NCBI GenBank assembly: GCA_003612585.1
Contig: RAZH01000003.1
Location: forward strand, 70,968-102,967
From: a bacterium 1XD42-54
GTDB lineage: Bacteria; Bacillota; Clostridia; Lachnospirales; Lachnospiraceae
Reading direction: 5' to 3'
DNA: 32,000 nt
A program made the position numbers and the translations under genes. The notes under the pieces were generated by a model. The model saw only the letters and a list, made by a program, of their open reading frames with translations. It did not search any database and had not been told where the DNA came from. Shown here one piece after another: positions 1 through 8,739 of the stretch. Positions within the stretch are counted from its first letter, which is position 1. Each line of letters starts with the position of its first letter.

Positions 1-41
1 AAATTCATTTTGATACCTCCGTTTTTTATTTTTTGAACACA

Positions 42-79
42 ATATTAAAATAACATTCCTATATGGAACGTATATGGAA
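42..79 (-). promoter_or_regulatory. Candidate response-regulator box plus -10 element for a minus-strand gene that starts at nt 8 and leaves the window
   Basis: Tandem direct repeat TATATGGAA (60-68) cg TATATGGAA (71-79) in 11-bp register; on the minus strand this reads TTCCATATAcgTTCCATATA. On the minus strand it is followed 12 nt later by TAATAT (47-42), then GGAGGT (20-15) and ATG (8-6). There is no good -35. Direct repeats one helical turn apart overlapping a weak -35 are typical of OmpR/PhoB-family activation. Confidence 0.4.
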
Positions 80-102
80 TATCTGTGAAAAATAAACGGA
101 AG

Positions 103-128
103 AAAAAAATCCCCCGAAACATCGGAGG
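103..128 (-). terminator. Rho-independent terminator after the histidine kinase gene
   Basis: The minus-strand RNA forms a 7-bp stem (111-117 pairs with 122-128, one G-U pair) with a 4-nt loop, followed by A + UUUUUUU (110-103). It starts about 9 nt after the kinase stop codon (137-139). A T5 run (130-134) lies on the other side, so it may act in both directions. Confidence 0.55.
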
Positions 129-136
129 GTTTTTCA

Positions 137-1258
137 TCATAAATATATAGTAAAACACATTCTTTGCGGATTGTCTTTCGCTTGAAACGTATATGGAATA
201 GAAAGTGCAGAAAAAATAGTGTCCACAATATACAAGCCTAAGCCATTTCCTCCTTGCTCTCTGCTTCTTGCATAATCAAGACGGTAAAATGGCTCAAACA
301 ACCGGGGGATTTCGGATTGCCGAACAGGGACACATTCATTTTCAACAACAAGATTTCTGCCATCCATAGAAACAGAAATCAGCTTCCCGCTTTCTGTATA
401 TGCAACTGCATTTGCAAGAATATTAGAAACTGCCTTTTCAAATAAGGAAATGGGTATACTGACTGTAAAATGCTGTGGCAGGCAGACAGAAAAATTTATC
501 TCGTTTGCAACGGCAATCAGTTTATATGGCTCACAAAGGTTTGTGAGCAGTTCTGGCAAATTTATTTCGGTCGGTTTTTCTTCATTTATGATATTCATTT
601 TGGATGTTTCTAAAATTTCATGTATCATCTTGGAAAGCTGTTCTGTTATTTCTTTGCACTCTGGCAGATATACGTCATAGTCTTGATATTTTCCTACTCC
701 AAGTATCATATTTTCAAGAATGGCGTTTAAAGCAGTAACAGGCGTTTTTAATTCGTGGGAAGCTGCACGCAAAAAATCTATTTTCAATTTCTCGCTTTCC
801 TGCACATACTTTTTTTCTAATTCAAGATTATGGATTGCTTTCAGCAAACTCCTGTAAAGACTATTGATATTTCCTGCCAAATCTTCAATTTCATCTCCCG
901 AAGTAACAGAACATATCGCAGACTTATCCATTTTTGTCATGCGCTGCGCTGTTTCTGATAAGTGACAAATATTTCGCGTCATGCTTCTGGAAAAAAGTGC
1001 AGCACAGACAATGGCAATCACGATACAACAGGAAACAGAAACAGGCAGGGCACGTTTTATCGTAAATGTTACAAACTGTGAGGCATCTACGTCCGTACTG
1101 ACTAAAAATCCGTCCAGTTCCATTCCTTTCTCGCCAACAAGTCCTAAAGATATTTGTGGGGCAAGAACATACATGATGCCATGTGCAGTTATTACAATAA
1201 ATATCAAGACACTCAATGTATATAAAAATGTCTTAGGAAATATTTTTATTCGTGCCAT
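137..1258 (-). CDS. Sensor histidine kinase (two TM segments, DHp + HATPase_c)
   Basis: 373 aa from ATG 1258, with a GAGGTG RBS inside the end of the upstream regulator gene. The track ORF runs to 1285, but those codons overlap the regulator gene. It has two N-terminal hydrophobic segments, an H-box (SHELKTPVTAL) and a G-box (GGNGLGLYIV). AT-rich codon usage. Confidence 0.9.
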   Translation of the reverse strand: MARIKIFPKTFLYTLSVLIFIVITAHGIMYVLAPQISLGLVGEKGMELDGFLVSTDVDASQFVTFTIKRALPVSVSCCIVIAIVCAALFSRSMTRNICHLSETAQRMTKMDKSAICSVTSGDEIEDLAGNINSLYRSLLKAIHNLELEKKYVQESEKLKIDFLRAASHELKTPVTALNAILENMILGVGKYQDYDVYLPECKEITEQLSKMIHEILETSKMNIINEEKPTEINLPELLTNLCEPYKLIAVANEINFSVCLPQHFTVSIPISLFEKAVSNILANAVAYTESGKLISVSMDGRNLVVENECVPVRQSEIPRLFEPFYRLDYARSREQGGNGLGLYIVDTIFSALSIPYTFQAKDNPQRMCFTIYL

Positions 1259-1259
1259 A

Positions 1260-1922
1260 TTAGTCCACCTCATATTTATATCCAATTCCTTTTACAGTAA
1301 CAATGCAGTCAAGATGCAGTTTTTTTCGCAGGTTTTTTATATAAGTATCTACTGTCCTGTCAATAATAGGATGGCTGTCGCCCCATAAATCGTCAAGTAT
1401 CTGGGAACGGGTCAGAACCAGTCCTTTATGCTCCACAAACAATTTCAGCAAGTCAATCTCTTTTGGAGTAACGTCGATTTTTCCATTGTCATCTTTTGCT
1501 GTATAACCTAAAAAATCTACAATTACATTTCCAAATTCGATTGTATCTGGCAAAATCCCCTTTCCGCTTCTTCTTAAAAGTGCAGTAATGCGCCGCCCTA
1601 ACAAAATCATGGAAAAGGGTTTTACGATATAGTCATCTGCCTGTCCGTCAAAGCTGGAAACTTGTGTATATTCGTCCCCTATTGCTGTTAGCATAAGTAT
1701 CGGGACAGAACTTTTTTCTCTGATTTCATGCAAAACAGAAAGCCCCGATATTTTTGGAAGCATAATGTCAAGTACAATTAAGTCAATCCTGCTATTGCTA
1801 AAACATTGCAGCGCAGATTCCCCGTCATACGCAGGAATTAATTTGTGTCCCGCTAATTTCAAATACTCGCAAATCGCTTCATTTGTTTTTCGGTCATCTT
1901 CAACAATAAGTAATGTCGCCAT
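1260..1922 (-). CDS. OmpR/PhoB-family response regulator
   Basis: 220 aa from ATG 1922. The track start at 1931 is a GTG lying inside the AGAGGTG RBS. Receiver domain (LLIVEDD, LIVLDIMLP, VKPF) plus a winged-helix output domain (TPKEIDLLKLF, VDTYIKNLRKKL, VKGIGYK). Its stop lies 1 nt before the kinase ATG. Confidence 0.92.
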   Translation of the reverse strand: MATLLIVEDDRKTNEAICEYLKLAGHKLIPAYDGESALQCFSNSRIDLIVLDIMLPKISGLSVLHEIREKSSVPILMLTAIGDEYTQVSSFDGQADDYIVKPFSMILLGRRITALLRRSGKGILPDTIEFGNVIVDFLGYTAKDDNGKIDVTPKEIDLLKLFVEHKGLVLTRSQILDDLWGDSHPIIDRTVDTYIKNLRKKLHLDCIVTVKGIGYKYEVD

Positions 1923-2004
1923 ATAAATCACCTCTTTTTTCAGTTTAACACTCCAATATGGAGCGAATGTGAAATTTTAGAAAGAACATCCATTTATGTG
2001 CTAA

Positions 2005-2095
2005 TTTACATCTATTATAACCGCTTATATAAATAGCAACAATTATGCAAATAGGATTTCACATCGTTTAGTAGGATACCACACCTCTGTAAAAT
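2005..2095 (+). promoter_or_regulatory. Candidate sigma-A type promoters for the XRE regulator gene, within a divergent intergenic region
   Basis: TTTACA (2005-2010), 17 nt, TATAAA (2028-2033). A second candidate is TTAGTA (2068-2073), 16 nt, TAAAAT (2090-2095). Both lie upstream of ATG 2134. Pattern match only. Confidence 0.3.
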
Positions 2096-2133
2096 ATAAG
2101 GGTAAAAGTTTTCAGAGTACAGGTGGTGAACGC

Positions 2134-2493
2134 ATGGACAAAAGAAACAACGATTTTGACTTTGATTTCAGACCGTTAGGACTGGCAATCAAAAAAGCCC
2201 GTAAAGCTCAAGGCGTGACCAGAGAACAGTTTGCGGAGATTATTGATTATAATCCCAGACATCTTCAAGCTGTTGAAAATGAGGGGCAGTATCCAAGCAT
2301 AGAGCTGTTTCTTCAACTTATCACAATGTTTGATGTATCAGTTGACGAACATATACATACTGAGGAAAAAGCAAAGAAAAGTTCTATCCGAAGACGTTTG
2401 GATGCTATGCTTGACCGACTGGATGACAAAGAACTGTCTGTTGTCGAAGCAACTGTAAACGGGCTATGTAAAGCAAAAGAGCCAGAGGATTGA
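2134..2493 (+). CDS. XRE-family helix-turn-helix transcriptional regulator
   Basis: 119 aa with RBS AGGTGGTG. HTH_XRE core: LAIKKARKAQGVTREQFAEIIDYNPRHLQAVENEGQYPSIELFLQLITMFDVSVDE. It is the only plus-strand gene and converges on the hydrolase gene. Confidence 0.9.
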   Translation: MDKRNNDFDFDFRPLGLAIKKARKAQGVTREQFAEIIDYNPRHLQAVENEGQYPSIELFLQLITMFDVSVDEHIHTEEKAKKSSIRRRLDAMLDRLDDKELSVVEATVNGLCKAKEPED

Positions 2494-2520
2494 CCTCTGG
2501 TTTCCTTTTGCTCCGCCCAA

Positions 2521-4338
2521 CTAATAGTTTGGGCATCCGTAGCCGTATATTGAGCCGCTCCCAACTGGATAGCTCTGCTGTTTGCAGGCATCCCCAGAGT
2601 TACCCTCCACGGTGTAGACCGTTCCATTCTTGCATCTCTCTACAATGCCTACATGGTCGATTGAGCCGTCGCTCCCCCAATCAAAGAAAATGAGGTCGCC
2701 TGCCTGCGGCTCATAGTCCTTGTCCTGCCATTGTCCTTTGCCCTTGAACCAGTTTACGCCGTCCGAGCAGAGGGAGAATTTCGGCACAATTCCGCTTTCC
2801 AGATAGCCGCACTGGTCGGCACACCACGATGCGAAGCAGGCACACCATTCCACACGCCCGCCAAATCCATACCAGCTCCAATAAGGCTGCCCGCCCTCGT
2901 TGCCGAGCTGTGTTAAGGCAACTTCTACAATGGCTTGGTTTCCTCCGCTTGTGAATGCCCGCCCGTATGGGTAGTAGCGTAACACATGGGCGGGGTACTG
3001 CGTGTCACCGTATTTCTCCCAACCGAGCCGCTGTGCCTGCATTGCGGAAAACTCCACCGCATTTGCATAGGAATAGCCGCCGTAGTTGGTCTTTGCCCAT
3101 GAGATATACCCGTTGCCGAAGTTGTATCCCTGCAGGGCGAGCTTGATACGCTCCATGTCAATCGGGCTTTCCACTTCGGCTGATGTGAGGGCGGCTTTTA
3201 ATTCCTGCACGCCGCACTCAATGGAATATTCGGGGTCTTTGATGCCGTTCGGCTGATGGGGGTACTTTTTGTTGAAGCTCCCCTCCGCCGCCTGCATCGG
3301 GTCGCTGCCTTTACCGCCAGATTCCTGCATCATCACCGCCTTGATAAGCTCCACATATTCGGGGATTCCGTACTGCTTCGCATACTTCTGTATCAATGGC
3401 GTGTAAGCTTCGACCTCCGCACTGACAGGGGTATAGGATGTGCTGTCGCTGCCGCCCCCGAACAGGGAAACGGCGCACCCAAGCAGGACGACGATGAGGA
3501 TTATCACGACGGCAATCCAGCCGCCTGCGATAAGGGCAGAAATCAACGCCTTAGTCCCTGCGATAATCGCCTTAACTGCCGCAATGGTCGCCTTGACCGT
3601 GCCTTTCGTTGCTTCGGCTGTCGCCTTTGCGGTGGCTTTCGCTGTCTGCGCCGCTTTCTGGGCGGCTTTGGCAGACGCTTTCGCCGTTTTCTGCGCCGCC
3701 TTTACGGTCTGCGACCTGGTCTTAATCGCTGTCTTGGATGTCGCCTTTGCGGTTTTCACGCCTTTTTCCGCCGCCTTGACCGTGCCTTTGGCTGTGGTCT
3801 TGACGGTCTTTTCCGCATTTCTGGCAGTTGTCTTTATCGTCCGCTTTCCCTGCTGTCTGGTCTTTATCAGTGAGTTTGCCGCCGTCTGGGGCATTTCGGT
3901 CTTGGCAGAAGCAGCAGAAACAGCGGGACGGCTTGCAGTCCCTTGTATTTCCTGCAAGCCGTCCTGTCCCATTGTACGCACGGCGTTCTGTCCTGCCTTA
4001 TTCCGCATTGTTTTCTGCTCTGCGGCTTTCTTCTCCCACTTTGCTTTAAAATCGGCGATTTTGTCCTTTGCCTTACCGATATTTTCCCTTGTAATCTGGG
4101 CGTTTTTCTGCCCCTGTTTATTGAATTGATGGATGCCCTCGTCCTTGATACGCCCCGAAGCATGGGAAACCTTGTCGGCGGCATATTCCGTGGGGGAATT
4201 TTCCTCCGCATAATATCCCTGCTCCGCCTTGTCCTTTGTCTTTGCGTAAGCGGATTTCATGCGCCTGCCTGCTATGGCGGCTTTGTCTAAAGTCTTAATC
4301 GTTCCTTTGACCGCATCTCTGGTCTTTATATCAGCCAT
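2521..4338 (-). CDS. Conjugation-associated bifunctional cell-wall hydrolase (lysozyme-like + CHAP/NlpC-P60 domains), CwlT/TcpG analogue
   Basis: 605 aa with a strong RBS (GGAAAGGAGGT). About 290 aa of N-terminal K/A/T-rich low-complexity sequence is followed by one TM segment (WIAVVIILIVVLLGCAV). Next comes a lysozyme-like domain (VMMQESGGKGSDPMQ) and a C-terminal CHAP domain (WCACFASWCADQCGY ... HVGIVE). Confidence 0.9.
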   Translation of the reverse strand: MADIKTRDAVKGTIKTLDKAAIAGRRMKSAYAKTKDKAEQGYYAEENSPTEYAADKVSHASGRIKDEGIHQFNKQGQKNAQITRENIGKAKDKIADFKAKWEKKAAEQKTMRNKAGQNAVRTMGQDGLQEIQGTASRPAVSAASAKTEMPQTAANSLIKTRQQGKRTIKTTARNAEKTVKTTAKGTVKAAEKGVKTAKATSKTAIKTRSQTVKAAQKTAKASAKAAQKAAQTAKATAKATAEATKGTVKATIAAVKAIIAGTKALISALIAGGWIAVVIILIVVLLGCAVSLFGGGSDSTSYTPVSAEVEAYTPLIQKYAKQYGIPEYVELIKAVMMQESGGKGSDPMQAAEGSFNKKYPHQPNGIKDPEYSIECGVQELKAALTSAEVESPIDMERIKLALQGYNFGNGYISWAKTNYGGYSYANAVEFSAMQAQRLGWEKYGDTQYPAHVLRYYPYGRAFTSGGNQAIVEVALTQLGNEGGQPYWSWYGFGGRVEWCACFASWCADQCGYLESGIVPKFSLCSDGVNWFKGKGQWQDKDYEPQAGDLIFFDWGSDGSIDHVGIVERCKNGTVYTVEGNSGDACKQQSYPVGSGSIYGYGCPNY

Positions 4339-4376
4339 AAAATCCGACCTCCTTTCCCAGAAGATTTGCGGTCATG

Positions 4377-5162
4377 TCAGTTTACCTTTTTTGCCACGAC
4401 GACAAGCCTGCCGTTCTGGGCGGAGTATTCGCAGGTGGAGAGGGTAATGAGCCTGTCGCCGTATTGGGCTGTCACGCCCGTATCATACAAGGCAAGCTCC
4501 TTGCACTTCCCGACAAAGGCATCAAATTCTTTTTCATTCTCCGCATTGACAAAATCATAGTAGCGGTAGCCCTCCGAACTGTACGCAACCGTCTTAAAAA
4601 CGACGATGATTTCATAGCTCCCCTGCTCCGTGAGGGTGTCAAACTGGACAGTTTTATGCTTCTCATAGAAACTCTTGGATTTGTAATTTTCCAACGCCCC
4701 GAACATCCTGCCGCCTTTGATGTGGTGTCCGTAGATAACCAGATTGTCGCTTGTGGGGATGTCGCAGTCCTCTTGGATATACGGCACGCCTAAGTCACTG
4801 TATTCCTTTTCAAAGCTGTGCTTCAGATAGAAGTTGGGATTGTTCTTGCTCTGCATGACGGGGTAGTTGATGCTTGTTCCGTCAATGGCAATCCACCCGA
4901 CCATATCCTCATTCTTCAAATACAGTTCTTTGTATTTTGCCAATATATCCTCGCCCTCGCTGACGGGCGTATCCTTATCTTTTGGCGGTTCTTTCTCTGG
5001 CTCGGCGTTCTCCACGACCTCGGCAATCTCCGCAAAGGCTTCCGTCTGCTCATCTATCTGCTGGTAATGGCTGTAAATCTTAAAGCCGCAAAAAACCGCT
5101 GCTCCTAAAAAGGCAACAGCGGCGGCAATACAGAGAATACATTTATAGTTTTTCAGATTCAT
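4377..5162 (-). CDS. srtB: Class B sortase
   Basis: 261 aa with an N-terminal membrane anchor. SrtB-type motifs: NNPNFYLKH, VIYGHH, and the catalytic TLSTC context (LITLSTCEY). Confidence 0.88.
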   Translation of the reverse strand: MNLKNYKCILCIAAAVAFLGAAVFCGFKIYSHYQQIDEQTEAFAEIAEVVENAEPEKEPPKDKDTPVSEGEDILAKYKELYLKNEDMVGWIAIDGTSINYPVMQSKNNPNFYLKHSFEKEYSDLGVPYIQEDCDIPTSDNLVIYGHHIKGGRMFGALENYKSKSFYEKHKTVQFDTLTEQGSYEIIVVFKTVAYSSEGYRYYDFVNAENEKEFDAFVGKCKELALYDTGVTAQYGDRLITLSTCEYSAQNGRLVVVAKKVN

Positions 5163-5185
5163 AAATTATTCCTTTCTTTATTCTG

Positions 5186-5220
5186 CCCTGCTTTCTGGGC
5201 ATAGAAATATGCCCGCAGGG
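5186..5220 (-). other. Intercistronic stem-loop between the DUF6075 gene and the sortase gene
   Basis: CCCTGC (5186-5191) tttct GGGCATA gaaa TATGCCC GCAGGG (5215-5220). This gives a perfect 7-bp inner stem with a 4-nt loop, extended by 6 bp across a 5-nt bulge. No U-tract follows on the minus strand. Confidence 0.4.
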
Positions 5221-5244
5221 TGTTTCCTATTTTCTTGTTTTCAG

Positions 5245-5649
5245 TTACCGTGTATGCTCCGCCTGCTTCTTGGGCGTGGGTAAATCCCTGCAATATTCGG
5301 GATACCTTGCCTTGATGCCCTCCATGAAATACGGGGCGAACTCGCAGCAAAACAGTTCCTCTGGCGTGGAGAGTTTCTCACGCCCCTCCTCGGCGTAACC
5401 GTTCCAGAGGTTAAAGGCAAGGCGGCAGACCTTGACCGTGCCGCTCGTCTGCCATCCGCCGTGCATCCCCTCTGGCTTGATGCAGTCCGTCTTAAAATCA
5501 AACATGGCGTTGATGTTCCGCCTTGTTTCCCCCGCAATCCCCATCACATAGAAGAATGCCCTGTGGTAGCAGTCGTTTACCCTGCATTTCATCATGCTTT
5601 CCAGAAAAAAATCACGGTGGGCTGCGTTGCGAAACCTTATCTCTGACAT
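5245..5649 (-). CDS. DUF6075-like conserved ICE protein
   Basis: 134 aa from ATG 5649 (RBS GGAGGGA; the track ORF extends to 5670). Family-like motifs from memory: AFFYVMGIAGETRRNINAMFDF, IKPEGMHGGWQTSGT, RLAFNLWNGY. Confidence 0.8.
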   Translation of the reverse strand: MSEIRFRNAAHRDFFLESMMKCRVNDCYHRAFFYVMGIAGETRRNINAMFDFKTDCIKPEGMHGGWQTSGTVKVCRLAFNLWNGYAEEGREKLSTPEELFCCEFAPYFMEGIKARYPEYCRDLPTPKKQAEHTR

Positions 5650-5663
5650 AAAAATCCCTCCTT

Positions 5664-7997
5664 TTAGCACTCCCCAAATTTCGTCGTCATCAGCTTATAC
5701 AGCTCCGTATTGCGTGGGAATTTGTTGACGAACGGCACGAGGGAGCTGCCGACTTTCAATAATCCCTGCCCCGCACCGACATTCGTGATATAGCTCATCT
5801 GAAGGTCGGAGATATTAAGGAGCTTCGCAAGCTCAATACGGTCTGTGGACGCTTGGTTCAGCATGATGATAAACTCGCTGTTGGCAAGCATCGTCCTCGC
5901 CGTATGGCTCTGCAATAGGTCATCGACATTTTGTGTGATGCCCGTGCAGTACGCCCCGTACTTACGCACACGCTTCCAGAGGGTAAAGAGGAAATTGGCA
6001 CTATACTCATGCTGGAACAGCAGATAGATTTCATCAATGAAGATAAAGGTGTTCCTGCCTTTCGCCCTGTTCTGGGTGATGCGGTTTAAGATGCTGTCGA
6101 GGACGACGAGCATACCGATAGGCTGTAACTGCTTGCCCAAATCCAGAATATCGTAGCAGATAAGGCGGCTGTGGGTGTCCACATTCGTATGCTTGGCAAA
6201 GGTGTTGAGAGAGCCGTCCGTGAAAAGCTCAATCGCAAGGGCGATTTCCTGCGCTTCTGGCTCGTCCTGCTTTAATAATTCCTCACGGAAGTCCTGCAAG
6301 GTCGGCGGCGTCCCCATATAGTTGCCCTGCTGGTAGTAGCGGTAGACGCCCGCCGTGCAGCGGTCAATGATGGACTTCTGCTTTGCACCCAAACTTGCAC
6401 CTCCGATGAGCTGCTCGCACAAAGACAAAATAAACTCTGATTTCAAGATGACGGGGTTTGCACCGTCGCCGTAATCAGAGTTCATGTCCATCGCATTGAT
6501 GTGGTTGTCGCTCGTCGCCGAGATGTGGATGACCTCGCCCTGCATGGCTTTCACAAGAGGGGCGTACTCTCGTTCGGGGTCTATTACCAAGACATCGGCG
6601 TTGGGGTCGGTCAGGATGATGTTCGTCATTTCCTCCTTTGCCGTGAACGACTTGCCCGCACCAGACACGCCGAGGATAAAGGAATTTCCGTTCAGCAGGT
6701 GGCGGCGGTTTGCGATTATCATATTTTTACTGATGACGTTCTGACCGTAATACACGCCGTCCTTATGGTAGATTTCCTGCACACGGAAGGGGATAAACAC
6801 CGCAAGGCTCTCCGTTGTCAGCGTCCTTAACGCATCAATCTTCCTCACGCCGAACGGCAGGGCGGTGTTCAGCCCGTCCATCTGCTGGTACTTCAGCACG
6901 GCAAACTGGCAGAGATGCTTCCGTGCCGTCGTAAGCAAAGCTTCCGTGTCATTGTCAAGCTGCTCTTTGGTGTCTGCGGTATGCACCATCGTAAGCACCG
7001 CAAACATCATCCTCTGGTCACGGGTCGTCAAATCATCGAGGAACTCCTTGCTTTCCTTTCTCTGCTGTTCCAAGTCGTAGGGGATGACGGCGGAAAAGTT
7101 GTTGTTCTGGTTCTGCTTCCTCTGCCAGTTCGTGATGTTGGTTTCCACGCCCAGAAGACGGTTCTCCACCTCCCGCACGGCTTCGTCCGTCGGGACAGGC
7201 ACGACGTCAACGGAGAGCATCATGTTACGGTTTAATTCGCAAAGCTCCGCCACCATGCTGTCCTTGATATAGGCGGCATACTCACGCAGGAAAATCACAC
7301 GCCCATAACGGTTGCCGATGCGGAAATAATCTTTCTCAAACTCAAAGGAGTCGGGACAGATATAGTCCTTGAAGTCGTGACCTTTCCGCATAGCCTGTGC
7401 CATGTCAAAGGAAAACGCCGTTTCCTCGCCCATACGGTAAAAATCATGGAAGATACGCAGCTTGTCATTCGCATCCAGTTCCGTACACTTTGAGCCAAGA
7501 CGGTTAAAATGCCCGATAAGGTCAGCACCGACACGGGCAAAATAGTTCCTCGCTTCCTCAATGTTCTTCTTGCAGACGGAAACAGTCACATACTTGTCCT
7601 GCACGGTGGAGTTAGCTCCCGTCGCCTTGTCAAGCAGCATCTTGTTATACTCTTTGCGGTATTTATCCAAATCGTCCTCCGCCATCGGGATTAAGATTGT
7701 CTGCTCAAAATCCGCTTTATTGAGCCTGCGGTTGTTTATCGTGATTTTCGTGGTCGCCCCGCTGTCGAGGGCGTTTAAAAGCTCCGAGTATTCGAGGAAC
7801 ATCGCTTCCTTGTCCTCACGGCTCGCCACGGCGTAGTTGATGTCCTCAAACTTGAATGTCTTTGCGTATTTGTTCCTGCCCACAAGGAAAATGCCGTCCT
7901 CCCACATGGTCTTTAACGGGATGACCGCCTGCACCGACTTCGGCACAATGAATTTCTCCCTGTCCTGCTTGAACAGCGTTTTCAGCGTCTTAATCAT
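5664..7997 (-). CDS. virB4: VirB4-like conjugal transfer ATPase
   Basis: 777 aa. Walker A LGVSGAGKSF and Walker B-like TFIFIDEIY. Its start overlaps the PrgI stop by 8 nt, with an AAGGAGGT RBS. Confidence 0.95.
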   Translation of the reverse strand: MIKTLKTLFKQDREKFIVPKSVQAVIPLKTMWEDGIFLVGRNKYAKTFKFEDINYAVASREDKEAMFLEYSELLNALDSGATTKITINNRRLNKADFEQTILIPMAEDDLDKYRKEYNKMLLDKATGANSTVQDKYVTVSVCKKNIEEARNYFARVGADLIGHFNRLGSKCTELDANDKLRIFHDFYRMGEETAFSFDMAQAMRKGHDFKDYICPDSFEFEKDYFRIGNRYGRVIFLREYAAYIKDSMVAELCELNRNMMLSVDVVPVPTDEAVREVENRLLGVETNITNWQRKQNQNNNFSAVIPYDLEQQRKESKEFLDDLTTRDQRMMFAVLTMVHTADTKEQLDNDTEALLTTARKHLCQFAVLKYQQMDGLNTALPFGVRKIDALRTLTTESLAVFIPFRVQEIYHKDGVYYGQNVISKNMIIANRRHLLNGNSFILGVSGAGKSFTAKEEMTNIILTDPNADVLVIDPEREYAPLVKAMQGEVIHISATSDNHINAMDMNSDYGDGANPVILKSEFILSLCEQLIGGASLGAKQKSIIDRCTAGVYRYYQQGNYMGTPPTLQDFREELLKQDEPEAQEIALAIELFTDGSLNTFAKHTNVDTHSRLICYDILDLGKQLQPIGMLVVLDSILNRITQNRAKGRNTFIFIDEIYLLFQHEYSANFLFTLWKRVRKYGAYCTGITQNVDDLLQSHTARTMLANSEFIIMLNQASTDRIELAKLLNISDLQMSYITNVGAGQGLLKVGSSLVPFVNKFPRNTELYKLMTTKFGEC

Positions 7998-8475
7998 GGT
8001 CTACCTCCTTGCGCTTTCTTGATTTCTTATTTTTCTTTCTGGCTTTTTCAGCCTGTTTTCTCCGTTCCCGTGCCGCTTTGCGCCTTGCCCTCCTGCATTT
8101 TTTCTTTTTCTTATCCTGCACGGCGGGCAAGCCCTTTTCATGGGCTTCAATGGCGTTCTTCATCGCTTCGTAATAAAGATTCTCTGGGGCAAATAAAATC
8201 TTCTTCGGCATCAGAAACTGCGACTTTATCCATGCCCACACAAACTGCTCGGCGGTCATGCCGTTATACCTTACAAAGCCCATGACCGCAAAAGGGGAAG
8301 CCCCCAAGATGCACATCCAGCTCAATGTTTCCGTCCCAAACCTGCCACGGAGCAGGAAGAACAAGCCGACCGCCACGCCGCAGGCAAGCACGGAAAACAG
8401 GAACTGCCGCATCGACAGCCCGAAGAACATGGATTCCGTGTAGTTGCGGATTTCCTTATTTATCTTGACTTCCAT
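7990..8475 (-). CDS. prgI: PrgI-family (VirB3-like) membrane protein with a Lys/Arg-rich C-terminal tail
   Basis: 161 aa from ATG 8475 (RBS GGAGGAGAGGTG); the track ORF extends to 8664 without support. Motif FGLSMRQFLFSVLACGVAVGLFFLL, a second TM segment, then a KKKKKCRRARRKAARERRK tail. Confidence 0.8.
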   Translation of the reverse strand: MEVKINKEIRNYTESMFFGLSMRQFLFSVLACGVAVGLFFLLRGRFGTETLSWMCILGASPFAVMGFVRYNGMTAEQFVWAWIKSQFLMPKKILFAPENLYYEAMKNAIEAHEKGLPAVQDKKKKKCRRARRKAARERRKQAEKARKKNKKSRKRKEVDHD

Positions 8476-8476
8476 A

Positions 8477-8713
8477 TCAGCACCTCTCCTCCCCGACATC
8501 CCCCGTCGAAATAAAGAGGATGCTGCGTTTTGGGATATATGCAAATCCAGAAATGGCATCCCCGATTTCAAATATCTCGTTATCGTCAGCTTTTTCAAAT
8601 TTTCCGACCAGTCCTTTTTCAGCAGGCAGGTCATAGGCTTCGGAAGCCCCGATGACTTCTCCATTTAGCAAATGGATATTATAATTCTGGCAATACTTCG
8701 TTTCTTTTTTCAT
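8477..8713 (-). CDS. Small conserved hypothetical protein of the T4SS operon
   Basis: 78 aa with RBS GGAAAGGA. Its TGA stop (8477-8479) lies 1 nt from the PrgI ATG (8475), indicating tight coupling. No recognisable domain. Confidence 0.7.
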   Translation of the reverse strand: MKKETKYCQNYNIHLLNGEVIGASEAYDLPAEKGLVGKFEKADDNEIFEIGDAISGFAYIPKRSILFISTGDVGEERC

Positions 8714-8739
8714 TTCAATTTTCCTTTCCTGTTGGATAA

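Noticed and set aside
3540-3850. Repetitive GC-rich DNA that could be mistaken for a tandem repeat or CRISPR-like array
   Set aside because: The periodicity is imperfect and lies in frame within the hydrolase ORF, where it encodes KTAKA-type low-complexity sequence. There are no spacer-repeat units of constant length.
3256-4129. Long plus-strand ORFs (205 aa and 229 aa) antisense to the hydrolase gene
   Set aside because: They are mirror images of the GC-rich, repetitive K/A/T-coding region. They have A/F/C/L/R-rich nonsense composition and no RBS, and they are fully contained in a well-supported minus-strand gene.
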